Assembly (NCBI GenBank): GCA_046563655.1
Contig: CM102289.1
Coordinates: 6,572,001-6,636,000, forward strand
Direction: 5' to 3'
DNA length: 64,000 nucleotides
Origin: Yuukianura sp. NJ FZ-2021
Taxonomy: Eukaryota
In this document: positions 50,325 to 64,000 of the stretch, piece by piece
Layout: the number at the start of each line of letters is the position of its first letter
Position numbering within the stretch: the stretch's first letter is position 1
The notes under the pieces: generated by a model
The model's input: only the letters and a program-made list of their open reading frames with translations
What the model was told of the DNA's origin: nothing
Database searches by the model: none
Translations under genes and position numbers: made by a program

Positions 50325-53300
50325 ATGGCATGCATGGTAAGAATTGCCATTTTTAGTTATAAAGTAGCAGTTTTCTACTCATTGTCTGCCTCTTTTTGGA
50401 AGGCGGTTTTATATTTGAAAGAATTTCTGTAGCTAACACATAAATTGTCAATTGTTCAAAATTTTGGAGAAAGTGTTTTTGAAAAACTAAACTTTTCCCT
50501 AAGCGTCGGAATAGAAGCGAAAAAGAGAACGAACAAGAACCACCTTCTAAAAAGAGACAAACTATAATTTAACTAATTTCTAACACTGTACGTTGCTTTT
50601 GCTCGATTTTGTGAAAGACAAAAGTTTCATTAGTACAATTTTTTTAATTTTTCAAAAATCATCTTCGACATGTTTTTGGGTCACAGTATTTGTTGTTTCT
50701 GACATTCCGTTGTTGGGAGAAAAATTTTTAGTGGTGTTTCGGAGTGGATTGTCTTCGGATTTCTGTGTTTGAGTGGATCGTTTTAATCAAAATTTTTCAA
50801 ATTTTTTTGTGGGTTGAATGGAAACAATTTTATTAAGAGAATGGGGTTTGGTTTTTCCCTTGTGGTCCATTACACTCTGTCAGTCAACCATTGAAGCCAT
50901 AACACTAACAATTTTGTTTTCTGAAAAAATACTGAACCGAAATGCGTTTTTATGTTATTGCGTAAAATGTGATTTGAAGAATCAATTTTCCCGGTAATAA
51001 AAGTGGGGGGATTTCCTTATTTGGTCTTCAGGCATGCAAATGCTTTACAAGGTTTATGGAATCCATTTTCCCTTTTTGCTGTGTACACACGCCAGGATGC
51101 AATTTTCAAGTTTATTTGCTAACTTTTTGCCTTATTTTGGAAAAGGAAAGAACAAAAATAGTACAGTTACAAAAACATCTCAACTCAAGCTGGCCAAAAA
51201 AAAAATGAGTGAAGCCGATTTTTTTTTGTTCGAATTACTGCTTATTTTTTGGAAAAGCAGTATTTTTCAAAGAAAGTTGAAACCGTGCTTTACTTTTGTT
51301 ACATTTTGTACTCTAGTAGATTAGATTTTACCAGTTGAAAAAACGAAACAAGGAAGCGTTAATAAACTCTTCGCCACCACAACAACAAATGTACTCAAAA
51401 ACCTCAAGCGCTTCCCACTTTTCAGCCACTTTGCAAACTTTTCAAAAGTGAGTTTCCCATCTGCGGCTTTTCTTTTAAACAAATCCCAAAATTGTACTTT
51501 TGGTTATGCAAAAAAAAGTTCGTTAACCTATTAAAAGCTTCACCCAAAGTGGAACGTTCTTTGGAATTTACTGAAAAGTTGAAAAAGTTCCAAAAAAAAG
51601 TTTTAAAATTAAAGAAGGCACAAAAATGTAAAGTATATTAAAACTTTAAATAATTTTGGAAACTTTATATTAAAAAATGATCACGCGGGAAACTTGAAGT
51701 AGGAAATTCATTTGCTTCCAGCGCTATTGCCTCCAGGGTCATGTCTAGTTCCATTTTCTAAACAAAATTCAAACAAGAGTGAGCATTTTGAAAATGTAAT
51801 AACAGCAGAGACTGTTTTCCGTTGCACGCGCTACCAGATTCCAATTTCCTTTCAGTAGAAAGAAGAACAACCCGAGTGAAAGTACGAACCACCTCATTTT
51901 GAAATGAGGGAAGACAAAGAGTGATTTCAGATTCTAATGAAATGGAGAATCTCAAAGCTGCTAGACACGAAAGAAGGTTAATTAAGCACAAATGAGGGAT
52001 TGTTACTATCTCTACTGAAACAAGCAAAATATTGAACGGTTTAGAATACGTTTAGAACAAGAACAAACTCAAAATCCAACGTGAGAGAAACAGAGGATTA
52101 GGGAAATTTTAATTGGAAAGTACTGGAGGGACCTGATTTTATTTTATTTTGGACATTTAGACCTGTGTTTGTGTTGAAACGCGAAGAGCATTCTAAAAAT
52201 TCTAAAATTTTAAATTGAAACATCTAGAAAACGTATTCCTAACAATTCCATGGTCCCTTTTTAATTTGACAATTTTTGGCTCATATTATTTTATCCGTTT
52301 TTTTGAGTGATTTGGTTTTGAAATTTTAGTGGTCGTTATTTTTGAAAAGTTGTGCCGAGTCTAACAGTCTCTATTGTGTATAGACATTGAAATGAAATTT
52401 GGTCAAAGAAATGGAGGATTTCAGAAGAACTTAAGCTTTAAAGCTTTTAGGTTTTAGTGGGATCCGTGGATCTAAAAAGTAACACGGTTCCCGCATTTCA
52501 CTTTTTGAAGTTTTTTTTTCTGTTTTCTTCGAAAAACGAAGTCCAACAAATCCTGTGGGTTTGGACAAAAGGATTTGGGAAACACGAAATACATTTTTGA
52601 AAAAAGTTTTGGCGTAATTGGCTTGTCAATTTTGATTGAGCTTGAAAAGTAGTAACTCCAAGACGCATCTGTGCTCTTAAGTTTACGAAATTGTGTAGTG
52701 ACCTCAGAAGATTTCCGTTTTTTATATGACCTCAGACCTTCTTTTAGTATGTGTCAGACATCCGAAAATAAAATTGTTTCCGATTTCGGTTTTTTCCGTG
52801 ACAAGTGAATGTACCGAACGTGACAAGCGACATGACAGAGACCTCACGTCTGTTCATTCCTTTTGAAAATTGGGTTGGATTGAGTACGAACGAACATGAG
52901 AAAAAGATTTGGAATTTCTTTGGTTGTGCTGGAAATGAAGAAAGTCCTTTGCGCAATTTTCTTGACATTGAGAAACCTGTCGCTTACTTCGGGCAAAGTG
53001 AAGGCAAAGAAGTGCTTTAAGTCCTTTTCAGATCAAATTAGATGCCGCTACGACGAAGATGAGGATGAGGCAAGCGCTTTTTCAACTGTACGAAGGCTGG
53101 ATACAGTTACAAAGTCAGATGATGGCAAGGCGTGGCGGCAAAAATGGAAAAGAGAAAGTTAAGCTTTTCTTCATTTCAGCTTTTCTGTCGTTTTCAATTT
53201 GATTAAACCTATTGGAGTGTAGTATTTTTAAGCTGGTCTTTTATCAATATAAGTTTTTGAAACAAAAAAATCGTTGCCGTTGTTGAAGTTTAAAGTTACT

Positions 53301-56300
53301 TTCCTCAAAATTCATTTTCAGGCTCTGATAATTTAAACGCCGATTTCTGTAAAATTATTACCTGCCTAAGTTAGTTAGCAGAAACTATCTCCATTTTCCC
53401 ATTAAACCCGAATAACGAAAATTCAAATCAGTCTATGAATAATCCATAGAAAAGTTGAAATGAAGTAGAACATAGGAAAAGGAGGAAAATTCAAACTCTC
53501 ATTTTAATCAGTTCATTACATTTGGTTTGAAAAGGGATTTTGAATTTAACGGGAACTCAAATTTCCATTTTTAGAATTCAGTGCGAACACGAATAAAGCC
53601 CTTTTTCATTTTATTTGATTAGAACTTCTAGTTCTCAAGAGACAAGATTCAGCCTACTGAAATTTTGAAATTAGACATCGCAGTTACTATTTTTAAGACA
53701 CGAAATTTTCAATTTTGAATTTAAAAATTTAGTTAAGAAACCGTGAATGTTGAAAGCCAAATTCCATTTAGTATTCAACAGGTTGGTGAATTTCTAAAAT
53801 TTTCACTCGCAAACGAAGCAATGCAACTTTTTGTTTTTTGAAATGCTTTGCATTTACCTAAACGTAGAACCTGGTTTTAAAGTTTTAGTTCAATTTTTAG
53901 AAAGCAATTTCAAGGTCAAAGTGAGGTTTTGATTGCCAAAAAGGAATCGGCGCTTAGGAAGGGATTCGATTTCAATTTGCGAATGTCATCAGATAGGAGA
54001 TACGACGTACAAAATGTTGTTTGCTCTTACAGCGCATCGTCATTTTCCTCCTTACAAAATAGTTCTAGTAAAAGCTCTTTTTCTGCGAGCACGTTCAATC
54101 TATCATTTTCAATGTAAATTTTGTTCGCGAGCAAATTTGAAAGGAAGAAGACATTTTTCTATATCTTTCACCAGCCAGAGCAACCGAAAGCTCCATTATC
54201 CTTTTTCTGCATCATTTACTACAAGAATTGAAGACGAAAATTTTTTTGATCTTCCGTAGCAGTTTTTTGTCACTTTGTTCATGGCAGTGGTTCTTAAGCA
54301 TTTTCGACAAGGACAAAGTGCACTGCATTGAAATCAGAATTCATCCACCGTGCACTGTCAAAACGCGAAAGCTTCAATTTTTCAAAAGAAAAATAATGCA
54401 TACTTTTTGTGAGTACTTGAAACCAATTTGATGCCTTTGATACATTGACCTTAGACAATGTTAAATCCAAGGTAAAATTTCCACAGTCTAGAACCTTAAA
54501 TCCAAAATTCAGAAAAAAAAAGAATTTAGCTTTAGAATTTTTTTCGACGTTCATTTTTTTTAGCAATGCTTTCACTTTCATCAGTTTTCATTCTGCTTAT
54601 TGCTCAATTATTGTCATCTTCTGCAATAAATCTTCCCTTTTGCCAATTTCTTATTTGTTTCTCCATTTGTCATTTTTTCACTTTGTCTCAAAGTGTTCAC
54701 TTTCCCACGATAAGTCGAAAGTAGCTGATAGACTACACCTATTTCACTGCGAATGACATGAGAGGACCAACATTTTGACAAATTTTTTGTTTGACCTTCT
54801 GGAAGTATACGCTGCAACAAATTCCGGCTTACTTTTAAAGTCCAAAAAATGAAATTTCAAATTTGGAAAAAATCTTTTCACTTTGAGCTTATACTTTCGG
54901 CAACGAGTTTCCTAAAAAAAAGCTTCTTTTGAACCCGGAATCCGAACATCAGAACCACGAGAGTCTTCTTTTCAATATTTTCTTTTTTCGTTCGTTGGTT
55001 CCATGGAGTTCAAAGGACAAACTAAGCCTTTCTTTTCATTGAATGGCATGTAGGTCAGGACAACAAAGAATAATAATAATACATACTACAACACACGTAT
55101 AAGGAAGTAATATAGAATTCCAAATTTTGGTAGGAAATTGTGTCTTTTCATCTCCACTATCAGGATTCAAAGGAAAAACGTAGTTCAAAGAAAACTTGAA
55201 ATAATTATCCTCATTTCTGTTAACAACGTTTTGCATCCAAGTTGATAAATTTTAATGAGAAAGCCATATCTAATCTAATGATGAGAGTAAGAAAAATAAG
55301 TTTCAAATGCTTGTTGAGTATTCAACTACATTCGGATTTTGTTTCTTTCTCTTCACAAATAAGTCACCAAAGATTCACAAAAATTTAAAAAGAAACAAGC
55401 TCTTCAAAGGTTTAGGTCCAATTCTGTAAACATTTTAGCCAAAGAAGAAAGCTATTTTAGGTTAAACGTGATTTTTAACTACGTTTTTGATTTAGCTTTC
55501 TAAAGATTCAATTTAACTTTTGCCTTTGAAATCAAATAAGCTCAGTTTTACTGATACTACGCTATGTTTGGAGCATTACGTAAAGCGTTAGGTTCGTGTT
55601 GCTTTAGCTAAAAGAAAAAGAAAAAAGTACTTTAGTTTACTTTTCCATAAAATTTCCACTGTGGCATTTGAATGCTTTCACTCGATTTTGTCTCTTTGGC
55701 TTACTTCCGAATTCTGTCTGTGGATTTTGCAGGCGAGTGAAAGCAGTTCATCTTCCCCGGGAGCTGTGGGTTCTTCAAGTAGTAAAAAGAGAAGCAGCCT
55801 CCCTGGACCAATGGGATCCCTCAATCTGTACACGACGCATCAACAACGTCGCCTGTCAGAGCGGGGGCTCATGGTCTACCGACCAAGTAAGCCGGACATT
55901 GACTTGATTGGTGATTTCATTAACCCTAACAAGAAATCAATGGGCTCATCCACTTCAACTACTGCCCAACAACAGTCATTTTCTGTAGCAACATCTTCAA
56001 GTCCACCTAAGGGGTCCTTCATCTCCACTCCTAACATGCTCCCAACAATCACTTCGCCCAATAGGAGTCCACCGGGAGACTTTGTTCCAGGACAAGGGTC
56101 TGCCAGAATCTTTAGTCGTGGTTCCCTTGGAAACGTTAATGGCCCACTTCCACAGACATCGCCGTCATCCAGTGTTCGAAGTCTTGGGGGACCCCCTGCA
56201 AACACCGGAACGATTTCCGGAACTGCTTTGGCATCTCCGACAGGCAGTATGGCGACTACGGGTTGCCGGAAAGTTCGGATTCGGATTCAAAAAAGCCCGG

Positions 56301-59300
56301 GAGGAAAAGAAAACAAATATGTGGAGATGCAGACGGTAAGATCAATGGCTGGTTGACAGTTACTTCCTCCGAGAATTCAAAGAGTAATTCATCTAATTGG
56401 GCTTCACATGATGGAGAATAGGTTGAAAGTAAGCAGGGATTATAAGGTTTTAGGTTGGATTTGGCACTGCTGCCAAAATCTGATAAATTGAAATGGCCAA
56501 AATCGAAGCACACGCCATTACATCAGAAAAAAGACATAAGCAAAAAACACATCAGCACAAAATGTGTTTGTACTGCTTATGTTTTTCTTGCTGATGTGAA
56601 TACATCAGCACAAAACGGATCAGTCACAAAGACATAAGCAATACAAACACATCAGCAATGAAAATACATCAACTGAAACACATAAGCAGTACAATTACTC
56701 AGCAATGAAATTACATCAGCAGATCAGTAATGTGTTTTCAGCTGATGTGTTGTCATTGCTGCTGATGCGTTTGCGCTGATTCTTATGATTTTTTTTTGCT
56801 GATGTATTTTCTGCTTATGTCTTTATTTTCGATGTAATGGGATGGACACGGCCGAAATATCTCTTTGTGTGCTAAAATTCAAAGTTTGGACTTGGCGCGA
56901 AACAGAAGACACAAGAGGATTTTCAATTCAATTTCCCAGACATGTCATATCTTCCTCTCCTTGCCGGAAACTTTCAGGATTTTGAAAGTTCAACTCCTCA
57001 CAGGAACTTTGAATCCTCTCCACCGGCATTTCAGTTTTCTAAAGATTACTTTTGTATTGTTTCAACTTCTTCAACGGTAACGAGTAACCATTTGAACTTT
57101 GAAACGTCAATTTTGAAACTCGTGGGGAATGTGGGAGCGTCAGAGATGATCAAAACTTTCATTTCCGTTGGCACTTCATGTCGTAAGCAGTAGTACTGTA
57201 CAAATAATGTACAAGCTACTGTTGTAATAGTTAGCCCCAGGTGGAATTTTCAAATTTATGTTTCTATTTTGCAAATGTTTCAGTGCTTAGCAAAAACATA
57301 ATAAAATTGGTACTTTCCTAGAACATAAGTAATTTCAGACTATGAAAGAGGATGTTTCGTTGGCTTGGGGCACTTACGAAGCAGCGGAAACGGGACTTGG
57401 CTGCAGCGGAAGTTTTAAAACTGAAAAAACGGCGCTGAAATTAAACTTTCGAAGAGACCGTAGTTTCGTAAAGGTCATTGTAAGGTTAATGTCTTTACAA
57501 AAGTTTGGTATGAGATCATATTGAGCATTAAAAAACTTAAAAAAGGTAAAACTAAGCCTAAAAAGTAAGCTTTTGAAAAGTAAAAGGAAAGTTTTTGAAA
57601 CTTGGCGCCTTACTTAACCTAACTTAAAAGAAGAAGCAAAGAAAGTTTGATCAATATAGGAAGAAAGTAATTACACAAAAATGTTCTGAACAAGAATTTA
57701 TGTTCAAAAGGAGTAGCACAGCGTACCTGACAGAAAACTTTTCTTTAGGTTAGGATAAAAACATTCCTGTAACCCGGTTTCACCTGCTTTTCTTAAGTTG
57801 TAACTACTGTAACCATCGTAACTACAGTAACCACCATATAGTTACATATTGTAAAACCACCTTAGGTACATCCCTGTTACACCCGAAGCTTCTTTTTACA
57901 AAAGACTTTGAGAATTTCCTTATTAGTTTTTGTTGCGTGCCAACGGAGAAAGTTACCTGGTGAAAGGAGCTCTTTTCTTTTCAGAAAAATGACGAAAGAG
58001 ACTTGAAAAGTTTTTTCGGCAGGAGCTTTTGAATTCTTAGGCTCTACATATAAAGACGTCGTCGTATGAATGTTCATGAAAAAGGAAATGAAAAGAAAAT
58101 GTGCCGGCTAGGCAATGAAGAGTGAAAGTATTATAGACTTTCCTCTACACTTCCTCATGAATATCGGATCATACCGTACAAGCCACGGAAAATGCGAGTG
58201 CCCAAGACTGATAGTGTATATCCAACTAAAATTGCATTTTAAGTGGATTTGAACTAAACCGCTCTTTTCACATCACTTCCACTTCAAATTTACATGCTAA
58301 GAGAGTCTTTCATTGTTTCTTTTTTTAAGAACTGCCTTCAACCTATTTATGAAAGTCAATTTTATTTTCTACTCTTGTAGATTCAAACTGGTGGTCCAGC
58401 GAATCGTTCTGCGTCAATTTCACTTGACCGTGACGCAGGAGACATGCTCCTGCACTATCCAATGTTTGACACGCGTCGTTTTTCTGACTCTGCGACTTTG
58501 ATTTCAACCCCACCCAAAATCAGTATTAGTCTGACGGCGGATGGAGCTGATGCGGGTATCATCTGTTCTACTGGTGACCTCCGGGCTCTAAAATGTCTAA
58601 CGTCTTCAGCCCAAGAGATTCGATTTTACAGCAATTCTGGAAACGGAGATTCGTCAATGTCTCGCGGAGATGGAGGAACTCGATCAACTACACCTGACCC
58701 ATACGGTAACAAAAAAAAATCAATTTGAAAAAAAAAGTTACAGAAACTTTTAACAAAACGAATTTGAATCACTCAACAAGGTCACTTCGTGTTAGGTTAT
58801 ACAAATTTTTAGGAATTAATTAGGAATTAGGAATACAAATTTTGAATGGTTCGTTCCCATTTTAGTTCGTTTTTTAACAACCTTGTACCTAATTGGTTTC
58901 GATTTCTTGGAAATTCAACAAAAAGTAACTAACAAGCTTGTCATCCCAAATTTGATTGCAAATTACAAATTTTCAAAAAAGGAAAAAGTTTTGAAAAACT
59001 TCAGATTAATCACAACGAAGATGAAATATGTTCCGGGTGTAGCATCATTAACGTTTTTCTACGCCGTGTTTTTAAAACTTTGCACAAAGCAACACCATGC
59101 AAAAAATGGATGAACTGAAGCGACTTCAAAATTTTTTGAACATGCAGCTGAACTTTCTCAAAAATTACAACTGACGCATTGTCAAACAAATCATGTTTGG
59201 CAACTTTCACAATTTCACAGTTAAATTGTTTAGTTTACAAAAAAAAGTAAAAGTTGCCGTAAAACGACGACGTTTTCCATTTGTTTCGGAAGGTGAATTT

Positions 59301-62300
59301 CGTCAACTTTTGATCTTTTTTACACAAAAAAATTTAACTTTATGTTTTGATAACAAAATTTGTAAACAACGTCGGTACTGTTTTATGTACCTTTGATCTT
59401 CTAAAGTCGTTTTTGAATGAAAATTTGTTGATCCTCTCAAAAGCTGATTATAAAATTTACTAACAGAGAATTATTAAAAATGACGTCAACGTTGATTTAA
59501 AAACGCAAGCTGTTAGTTTTTCAAAAGTGAACTTGCCAGGGGAATTTACAATTTTCGTGTTTGAGCCTTCAAAAGTGGGTTCCTTGCCAAAGGGATAATG
59601 TTATTGATTCAACTATCGACACAGTGATGATGATCAAAAGGCTTTTTTTGCCTAGAAGGTTCTGTTTACCTCAATTTCAACCTATAATTTATTTACTTTC
59701 AACCCCAAACAGAAAATTCATTTTCAATTTCCCAGCACCACAACAAAAGGCAGATCGTCTGATACCTCATCTTGTTTGTAATCAAAAAAGCGACTGGAGT
59801 GATGTGTTACATCAGTTGAGCATATATTTGCATTGGGTTATCCGTGTGCTGTCAATGACGCAGAACGGGAGTAGAAGTTACAACGAATGGAGTCGAAAGT
59901 CAATTTATTTTTTCCCGCGTCTCACCTCTCCTTCCGTCTTCCGTGAAAGTCTTTTTTATTCCATTCACCTGCTGCCGCTTGATGCTTGTCTTATTTTTCT
60001 CGGAACAAATGAAAACCCGGGTGAAAAAAGTCAAGTATCTTTCTTTTGTACGTCAGCAACATCCGCTACTTTTTCTGCTGTTTCCCGTCTAACTGTGACG
60101 TTGTTTTTAATTTTTACATTTCTTTTGTTAGCATAAACTCACTTTTTTCCAATCTACTAGAAATAACACACTAAAAATCAAAATCTTGCACGATCCACTT
60201 ATTAGATCACAAATGAATGCAGGAATTAAGCGACAAATCTTAAACTGATTGTCAAATTTTTTGAACTTTTTTATACAGAGTTGAAAACAAAGGTGAAAAG
60301 TGCGTAATAACAAGGAAAAATTCAATTTCAATATTTCGAAAATTGAATTTTTTCCAGAATTGTCTTTATTTTGAATTTCACCACCTACGCGGTTTGAAAA
60401 GTCAACGGTGATAATTTTGGCGCCAAATTCAAACCGTAGTGTTTTCTACAGCTCAAACAGTTTCTGTTTGAAGTATGATTATCTACACTACCCATCCGTT
60501 TGAAGTTCATATCTTCCGGGTGTGACTCGTGCCAAAATGAAAGACAAGATGAAGCTTTTCAAATTGGAAAGATTTTGAGTAACACAGCATCTTTTAGGAT
60601 TTTGAGAGACGTAAAAGCAGAAGACGTGTTTTCAATTACTATAGGGAAAGTCCAGCGACATGGAAAATTATTTATTAGAATTTCTCATCATTTCTATTAG
60701 TTGAGTATTGAGTAAACTAATTGATGTTGTTTCTTCCACTAGGAAATCGATCCAGATCATTTGATGCAACCTCTACAGTAGTAACTTCAAGGCGAAAAGG
60801 GATTGGAACGTCGTGGTTCAATCGACGTCATGTGCCCATCTCCGCTAAGCTTCCGATGCCACTCAGGTCACCTTCCGTGCCAAATTCTCCCGGCCCGACA
60901 CAACTCACACTCAAAGCACCTATACTCACAGTCACCAATGAAACATGTAATAACGTCATATCTTAACATTTGTTATGTCAAAAGTCAAAGGTCGAGTCGC
61001 ATCCTGTCTGTAGTTTTTAGTTGTTAAAGGTCAAAGTAATTTACTACTCTGTTCGTAAAACTTTTCAAGTTGAAATACGTCAACGAACTGTAAATGGAAA
61101 TTCAATTTCCCAAAACTTCAAACTATTCCTTTGGCTGTTTCATATTTATGTAGCTCCAGAACTTTTAGTACACTATGCATAATTTAGAAAAGTTGAGTCA
61201 GGCCTTGCGCATGAGCAGTGTTGAAACACTTGTTGCCAACTGAAACTGTTGCACCAAAAATAAGTTTTAAAGTTTGATGAATTGCGGTTGAGGCTTACTA
61301 GGAAAATCTCGGCTTGCGTCTACTAAAAAACTTTGTTGTGAGATGCGACGACCCAGCGGAAGAAGCTGATTGTACTAGACAGAAAGTTTAAAGGGAAAGT
61401 TGGCTAGTAAACAGAAAGCTTTTGTCAGAGAAGTAAAGTTTCTCATTTGGAGTTTTTTTTTCGAGGTCATGGGCTCCGCGTCTGCCCAAAACGATTGGAC
61501 AGGATTCGAAAGTTTTTTTCTTTCTTGACTGCCAATTACCATTAAAAAATCGATGCAAATTCTTTAAAAATAAAACTTTTTCTCTGATCCCTCATAAAGA
61601 TTTTCCATTTTTTTGTGGGAGAAAGTGTATTTTTTAGACTGTAAATTAACAAGCTGCAATTTCAACGCCGAATGAATAAACAAGGTTTATTTTTATGTTA
61701 GTTGAAGCTTGAGGTTTACCAAGTTGGTCCTTCAAGTGAAACGTAGGAGAAAGTTCAAAAGCCTATTTTTTGTAATTTGTGAACTTGTAGAAAGTACGTG
61801 TACCTGGAAAACTCATTTAGGCCAAAATCCTTCTCATTTTCTTCAATTTTTTTAAGACTTTTTTTTACTTCGTCTTTAACCCCACTCTACCGTCAGAATA
61901 ATCTCATCAAATGAAAGGAAAAAGCAAACTCAGGTATTACGTGGTGAAAGCCAATTTTTGTTAAAGAAAAACTCTACTTTCCCTCTCGGAGGAATAAAAA
62001 TCAAATTTTGCGTCTCTCTTATTTCCTGTAGTTCATTAATTTTCAAACTATCGCGCCATACTACGGACAATAAAAGGAAAGAAAAAATTTCATTATACTG
62101 AAGCCTGAAAAGCTGGAAGTTCAAATTAATGATAAAAGCAGCGGATCAGTGTTTTGAATTTTGTGAATTTTCAAACTCAGATCAAATGAAGCAGTTTAGA
62201 AATTTTGTTTGAACGAAAAGTAGGAACATAGTTAATGAAGAATTTGAGCGCGGAATTTTGAACTCATAAAAGCCACTCCACGAAGCTCATAAATTTGGCA

Positions 62301-63807
62301 TTAACTTTCATTGTCTCCCGCTGTTCCACTATGCCCCATGTGGATTTCATGGCTCACAGCATCGCAGTAACTCCAAAATGCACTTTCTTAGCAAAATGTG
62401 TTTTCTAAGACTTTTTGAGCACGCGGCACACAAAAGCGTGCTCCGCGTACAATTTGTGCAAACTATGCACAAGGGTGTGACAGTGACACTTGACTTTTTG
62501 TTAGAATCTCGGGGGTGTCGAAACGTTTAATGAAGTTGGTTTGAGTTTCGTAGCTACTCTACTTTCAGACGCTTTATTATTAGTTCTGTATTGCTTTATA
62601 TATTCATTTAACAAGTTATATTAATTATACTTTAGCTGGCCAAAGCGAGCTTATTGAAGTTCCGTCACCACCATCGTTGACGCCGACATCTGGTGACATT
62701 TCAGATGACAAAACAAAGGTACGTCAAAAGCTTCCGTCTGCCATTTTCATCATTAAGTTAGCCAAATTCATTTCAAATTTTCCACTTTCTCTGACTTTCA
62801 TTTTCTCCCTCGATGGTTAAAGGCCTACAAGAAAAAAAATGACACACGTACACGAACACGACTCCTTGCAGCTTTTTCAGAACTCAGGATAACATCTTTA
62901 GATGTATTCAGCAGCAATTTGAAAATTTTATACACTTCTGTACATGCCTTCAGGTTTCATCAAATCTTAGACGGGTTTCCTTTAATTACTACCTTGGAGG
63001 CTTACTATTCCACTGGAAATGTCACATCTTTGCCAGAAATTAAACTTTTAAGGTCTTCAAACCCATTAAAATGCTGGAGGAACTTTAAGCCACTTAACTT
63101 TCTAAAATCTCTCCATCTCGCATCCTCAATTAAACTTCATCAAATTCTACTAACCAAACTTAAACTTTGTTAAAAGTCTGTCCAACTTTAGTTTGACTTT
63201 GCAGAACAGCCGGTGAGAAACTTTCTCCAATTCCCACCAAAGTTCTTACGAACTTTTGACTTTGACTTACAGAGACGCTCCGAGCTAAATCTTGTTAAAA
63301 TTTCACATTTCCTCAACTAGGGAATGAAATTTCGGCCTGATTTAAATAAAATTATTTACCTACTCCAAAAACTTTTGCTGATTGATGGTTGACCTTTGAC
63401 CTTAACACTGTCATCCGCGAATTGCGTCAAAAGTTAACTCTTTTACTTTGCTATAAACAACATTCCAGTCGAGAAGGGAAATCGAACAAGAAACAACAAA
63501 TTTTGATGTGTTTACACAACAAGTTTAAAAAGTCACTTTCACAGCGTGTGCATAGCTTACAAAAAAAAACATATATTGGAACTGTCTTTGAATTTTTTTT
63601 CAAACGTTTTTGAAAACCTCTTTCAACTTTCACTTTTTTTTTTTACACAAAGGTAACCTGGGACCAAAGTGGTTTCCAAATAGATGCGGCCGTCCTTGGT
63701 TCAGTAATTGAAAATCATTTAAGAAAAACTGATATGCGCAGACGCGCAACAGTGTCCACGCTTTACGAACCAATGGGATACGAAGAGTGTTTTCAATCTC
63801 CAGCAAG
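50325..63807 (+). CDS. Large-intron gene encoding a Ser/Thr/Pro-rich protein of unknown function; 3' end outside the window
   Basis: Phase-compatible GT-AG exons at 50325-50336 (MACM, tentative), 55733-56335, 58381-58705, 60743-60946, 62636-62718 and 63653-63807. They encode RRLSE, RRFSDS, RSRSFD and VTWDQSGFQIDAAVLGSVIENHL. Confidence 0.65.
56511..56850. mobile_element. Intronic foldback element / MITE with internal acatcagca/acataagca subrepeats
   Basis: The left arm ccattacatcagaaaaaagacataagcaaaaaacacatcagca matches the reverse complement of the right arm (ccattacatcgaaaataaagacataagcagaaaatacatcagca). Short subrepeats occur in both orientations inside. Confidence 0.8.
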
Positions 63808-64000
63808 GTAACAAAAATTGAAATTTAAAACAAAATTTCGAGTAATAAGCCCATTTTCGTGATGAAATTTCAATCGTTTCGCTATTACTTGTGAATCCAG
63901 TTCAAAATAACTAGGCAGTTCTTCTATCTTTTAAGAGACAACGAGACAGAAAGTGAATAATGATAATTTTATCTCACATTTTTAAAAATTGGACTTTTCT

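Noticed and set aside
52744..54820. Cluster of short ORFs in the long first intron
   Set aside because: Low complexity, no motifs and no consistent splice phases with the flanking exons.
59561..60136. 191-aa ORF
   Set aside because: Non-ATG start, no recognisable motif and located within an intron of the large plus-strand gene.

Overview
AT-rich eukaryotic DNA with short GT-AG introns and a gene-dense left two-thirds. The gene mix suggests a soil arthropod such as a springtail (inference only). From left to right: a foldback MITE, an intron-rich SLC6 nutrient amino-acid transporter, a secreted bulb-type lectin, an orphan ~8-TM protein, a C2H2 zinc-finger gene and a GMC oxidoreductase with substituted catalytic residues. 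Next is a tandem array of four divergent ionotropic-receptor-like genes (two intact, two deleted) mixed with an EF-hand pseudogene and a P-element-like transposase relic. Then come an EF-hand gene, two EcKL kinases, a carboxypeptidase B with a GC-AG intron, a secreted BBE-like flavoprotein lacking both covalent-FAD residues, a small Cys-rich single-pass membrane protein, YJU2 and a Ly6/uPAR gene. The right third holds a Tc1-like MITE carrying a 19-bp array of metal-response-element cores, a second foldback MITE and a large-intron gene of unknown function that runs off the right edge. I saw no rRNA, tRNA, CRISPR or prokaryotic operon. All gene models were assembled by eye and no database searches were run.
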